From Lobosporangium transversale (Eukaryota), in assembly GCF_002105155.1 (NCBI RefSeq), contig NW_019029018.1, positions 248,001 to 312,000 of the forward strand: a DNA stretch of 64,000 nucleotides, read 5' to 3'. Below are positions 59,672 to 64,000 of the stretch, piece after piece (the stretch's first letter is position 1; every line of letters begins with the position of its first letter). Under the pieces are notes generated by a model. That model did no database searches. It saw only the letters and a list, made by a program, of their open reading frames with translations, and had not been told where the DNA came from. The position numbers were made by a program, and so were the translations under genes.

Positions 59672-62600
59672 ATATAAATAAACAATTTTTATTTTATTTT
59701 ATTTTATTTTTTTGCTACAAAACTATGGTGCCACAAAGATTGATCAGCATCTTCGACTTGAGCTCCGGACCAGACTAGCTTAGGGAGAGGAGGGTGGGAC
59801 ATTATAGGTCGGCTCCCTCGGATAATATGCTTTTCTCTTCATATTATTCGAGGACTCTTTGTAATTATCACAGCTGGAGCCGACCTATAATGTGCATCCA
59901 GAGTTTTGCCCCAGGGTGATCTCAGTAAAATTTGTTCTTGGCTGACTAGCCATGCGGTAGGAATATTGGAAAGTTTCCGGAGAAGACCAATTACCATGAG
60001 CGATGATGTCGTCAATCGATACCCCTGCTGTAGCTGCAGCTGTAGAGCCGAGTGCGCGTGGCTTGATACGTCGGGAAGCCTTTTCCGCTTCTGGGATCTT
60101 AGTTGAGATCGAGTCCATGTGATTGGAAATGATTTCTGCTGATACTGCTCGATTCAAATATTTGGAATGTCGGATGAGAGGTTGAATTGTCAGGCTGTCA
60201 TCCTTCGGATGTGGTACCTCCAGTGGATGATCTGTTAATCTTTGCAAATACGCAGCAAATGTATTCACAGGGCACAGTTTCGGATCACTGTTGGAACGAA
60301 TACAAACTGTCTTCTCGATGCGGTTCCCAAGTTGTTTCTCTTTGGGAATAGGAATGAAGAGCATGAGTTGGCTTGTGGTCCATGTAGTCTTGGTCAGGTC
60401 TATACATCGAATGTCGTCTGGATGAAGGAACCCACAAACGCCTAGAAGCCAACAAAGCTTTCTCGTGAGCTGAAGGAATGACATTTCCTCGTTAGAAGGA
60501 AGGGATCGAATATAGTCAAGAGCTGGGTTGAGGTTGATGCTCAATGCCTTGCTAGGTCGAATGTGTTTGGCCTTGATGGCTGCAATGAAGTCCTTATACA
60601 CATGGCTCTTGTCAAACGCTGATTTGTCTGGAAATAGAGCTAAAAAGGCTGAGCGTTTCTGCAGAGTGGTGGCGGGAGACCATGGACGGTTGTGCATCTG
60701 ATGATTGAGATAGTTAACTAAAAGGATCGGATTGGGGGTGAATGGATCCCTGTCATTTTGCCTGGCCCAATCGATGAATACTTGTTGCGCTGGGGCGTAT
60801 TTTTTGTGCCGTCGCTGTGTCTGAGGGTTATCTAGTATAGTCTCCGCTGCTTCGCTGTCTAAACCTAGGTCTGTGTAATAGCGCCGTTTACGCGCCATGC
60901 TTGCAGTGTCCAGTGCGGATTCTTTTCTAGAACGTTTTGATCTTGTCCTGGAGCTGGGAGGACATACTTGCGTGGGATCTCTCTGGGGGCACAAGTCGCC
61001 ATCGCTTGAAGAGTTGGATACCATAGGGCGCTGGGCCAGTTCGAAGCTACGATCGTCGCTTGTAGCTTCTCTAGCCTCAGCTTCTGGAGGGCCTGAGGGA
61101 TCAGGTTCCATGGCGCGCAGATGTACAGATTCCCCAGATTGCTCCATGGGTGCCGTAGTGCATCGAAGTTGATCGCTAAGGGGTCTGGCTTCCATGACAT
61201 GAACCTCTCTGTTTTGTTGTTGATTGATGATGCAAACAGATCCGTCTGATGCGGGCCCCAGATCTTCTGTAGATAATCGAAGAAGTCCTGATGAATGCTC
61301 CATTCCAACTGCGATTGCATCCTGCGTGATGGTGCATCCGCTGGGTTGAATGATGCTGGGACATATGTTGTCTTGAGTCGTGTCCCTGTTGCTAGGCGAT
61401 GCTTCCAAATGGTGTCCGCTATTTCCATCAATGGAACTGAGCGAGTCCCTCCGAACCGTTGGATGTGTGCCAGTGTGGTCATGTTGTCGCAAATTATGTT
61501 CACTGTCTTGCCCTGTGTCTCTGATTTTGTGTTGAGGGATCGAGAGTGTCATGTTTCTGCTGTTGATGGTAAAGCCCAGATGCTCTATGACTTGCGTTGG
61601 TTCCAGCGTTGACTTTTCTTCTTTCACTAAGAAGCCTAATGATTGAAGCTTTGATAGGACGCGCTGGGTGTATTGTATGGCGCGTTCTCTGCTGGGAGCT
61701 ATAATTAGAGGATCGTCTATGTAAGCCGTCATTCGGATTCCCTGGCGTCTTGCCCACCTGAGGACAGGGCGCAACATCTTCGTAAATATAAGGGGGACAG
61801 AGAGAGCCCGAATGGAAGGACTCGGAACTGGTAATGGTGTCCCTGCCATTCGAACTGAAGATATTTCCTCGACGAAGGATGTACCAGAACATGCATGAAT
61901 GCGTCTGATAGATCTATGCTTGTCATAAAATCGTTTTTGTTCATCATGGAGCAGACATTTTTGATACTTTCCATCTTGAAATGTCTGTCCAGTATATATT
62001 GGTTCAATGGTTTGAGATTCAATACAGGGCGAAGATCGCCTGTCTTTTTGGGGATGGTAAATATCCGACTGTAAAAGCCTGTAGGGGAAGATACTGTTTC
62101 TATTGCTTTTTTGGCCAAAAGACTCACTATCTCTTTCTCTATGGACTCTGTTTCCTTCACTGATAGCTTGTGGGACTTGCTTGGGCTGGATGAGAGTGGA
62201 GGTCGCGACTTGAATGGGATCCTGAATCCTTTGGCTATTATGTCTCGGACCCATTGCTCGTCTGTGATCATCGCCCATGCTTGCTGGAATAAGTGATCCT
62301 GCCTCCTACTGGTGGTCGGTCGTTTGTTGATGCCCTCGGCCGCGACCCCATTCGCGACCCCTGTTGGAGTTGCCTCGGGCGTTGTAAAAATGCCGGTTAC
62401 CGCCACTGATGTTGTTGTTGCTATCAGTCTGGCTCTGCGACTGATTGCTCTGACCTTGATTAGAATAGCTGCTCTGAGTGCTATTTCTAGGGAAATTATT
62501 GCTTCGATCATGCCTGTTCCTGTTCGAACCGCTTGCTGTGCTGTTGGAATACAGGTTTCGTTTGATGGATAACAGAAGCCTCTTTTTCTCCAAAAGGGAT

Positions 62601-63313
62601 TGGGAGTCCACAGCCGGTGTCTTGGCATTGCTTTTCCTGGTAAGCAGCTGTAGACCATGAGCTCTCTCAAGGTTCTGCACTCGGAGGTCGTGGATGTAAT
62701 GGCTAATCTGCTTGATATGCTCGATGAGATCGGAAACTCCCTCAATGGCTGATAGCGTGGACCCGTCGGAGCGACTGTCATCTTGCATGGCATCCAAGAC
62801 ATACTTGTCCAGGGGCGCGTATGGATAGCCAGCTTGGATTGAATGGACGCCAGATCAGAGTCGAACTGCTGCCGTAACTTGGCGCTGTCAGGCCATGGTA
62901 GGTCGGTAATAGGTGGTGCAGAATACTTCTGAAGCTTGTTTTTGGGGGTAAGAACCGATGGTTGTTTGTAATGTGTCCCGAAGGTCCTCATACTGATCTT
63001 TTTTCTCTGGATCAGGGACAAAGAAATCTTTTCTGTCAAAATTTGGGAAAAGTTCGAGGATGGCTTTGTTTGGAATAAAGTTATATGCCTGGGGTTCAGG
63101 AACCAGGGGGTCATGGATGTTAATGGAACTATCGATGTAGCGGCCATCGTTGTTTTCAATTTCAATATCACTCATTAGTGGAACTTCTAAAGTATGCCAG
63201 TGGATGTGTTCCGGAAGGGCGAAAGAAAAGAAGATGCTGATCAATCTTTGTGGCACCATAGTTTTGTAGCAAAAAAATAAAATAAAATAAAAATAAAAAT
63301 TGTTTATTTATAT
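59672..63313 (-). mobile_element. Defective DIRS1-type retrotransposon (DIRS-B), a different family from DIRS-A, lacking its own outer termini; outer limits approximate
   Basis: gag from ATG 63175 (frameshifted); RT (IDLSDAF, LPFG, YIDD) with a frameshift near 61795; deletion near 61520 removing the first RNase H motifs; YICAPW; YR 59885-60898 with GFLHPDDI; ICR-like hairpin 59799-59893. Confidence 0.92.
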
Positions 63314-64000
63314 TTAGTGGCTATGGGTTTTGTATAAATCCACTATCGCCCTTCGTGCAGCTTGGTTAATGGGGCGATATTCAGGCGCCATGCCCTGAGC
63401 ACTCCATCGATAAACTAACCCTAAATCAAGGAATTCCCATTCAAAAATTCCTTGTTGTGGGCCCTGGAGCCAGGTAAGAGCACTTTTATCAGCGCTTCAA
63501 TAGTTTGCTCCCTCACGAGTCCTTCGAGCTTGTTGAAGTAATCCCCTGCGTTTTTGGAATACAGATCGTAGTGTTCTTTGTCGTATACTTCTAAACCGCG
63601 GTCGATCTGCTCCACTATGAGATGTCGTCCTTGTATTAACTGATCCAAGCTGGTCAAATCACCTGGTACTCGGTTGGTGACCTTAATAACAGCGTCCTTA
63701 CGACTGTCGAGAGTCCTTTGGGTTGTCAAAGTGAAACGAGCAATGGCAATTTTAAACAGTTTTTCGAACGTGTCTTGCGACAAAGGCCCGACATCAACGA
63801 CATAATCTGGATTCCTGAGGACGGACCTTTCAAACTTTGCAGTGCTCGTGAACACAACACACACTCCACTATTTACACCACTCGTCCAAGTGCTGAAGCA
63901 ACCCAGAGAACGCAGGACAGGAAGCCTACTTGTTGCTGAAGGTACGTTGTCGGGAAACAAAGCACCATGCTCATCGACAATGAAGAGAGTCTTTTTCCCT
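63230..64000 (-). repeat. Inverted duplicate of 58984-59754 (third copy of the CRN-like gene, 3' part), continuing beyond the window
   Basis: Reverse complement matches; only two homopolymer indels noticed (near 63290 and 63470). Confidence 0.97.

Noticed and set aside
63460..63480. Frameshift in the inverted CRN copy
   Set aside because: Single-base loss in a short homopolymer; cannot be told from a sequencing error, so pseudogene status is not called.

Overview
AT-rich, intron-containing eukaryotic DNA. The gene families (Crinkler-type NTPases, DIRS retroelements, a BAHD transferase, F-box-like remnants) suggest an early-diverging fungus, probably Mortierellomycotina/Mucoromycota; this is inference. 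It is an accessory, TE-rich region with few housekeeping genes (cytochrome b5, a BAHD acyltransferase). Main contents: (1) a birth-and-death family of secreted 8-cysteine mini-proteins, with 5 intact copies and 2 pseudogenes; (2) a structurally complete DIRS1-type tyrosine-recombinase retrotransposon (39238-43547) whose ITRs, ICR and 5-bp crossover core can all be read; (3) a second, defective DIRS element forming the spacer of a near-perfect inverted duplication of a Crinkler-like P-loop NTPase gene, which also has a direct duplicate 29 kb upstream and an old paralogue; (4) three tandem ~250-nt units on the minus strand, each with perfect box C/D'/C'/D motifs, a conserved core and a variable antisense segment, i.e. 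candidate long orphan box C/D RNAs; (5) a 7-exon PD-(D/E)xK-like gene, a spliced 52-aa membrane microprotein, and Tc1, pogo, MULE, piggyBac and MITE remnants. All gene models and family calls were made by eye, without database searches.
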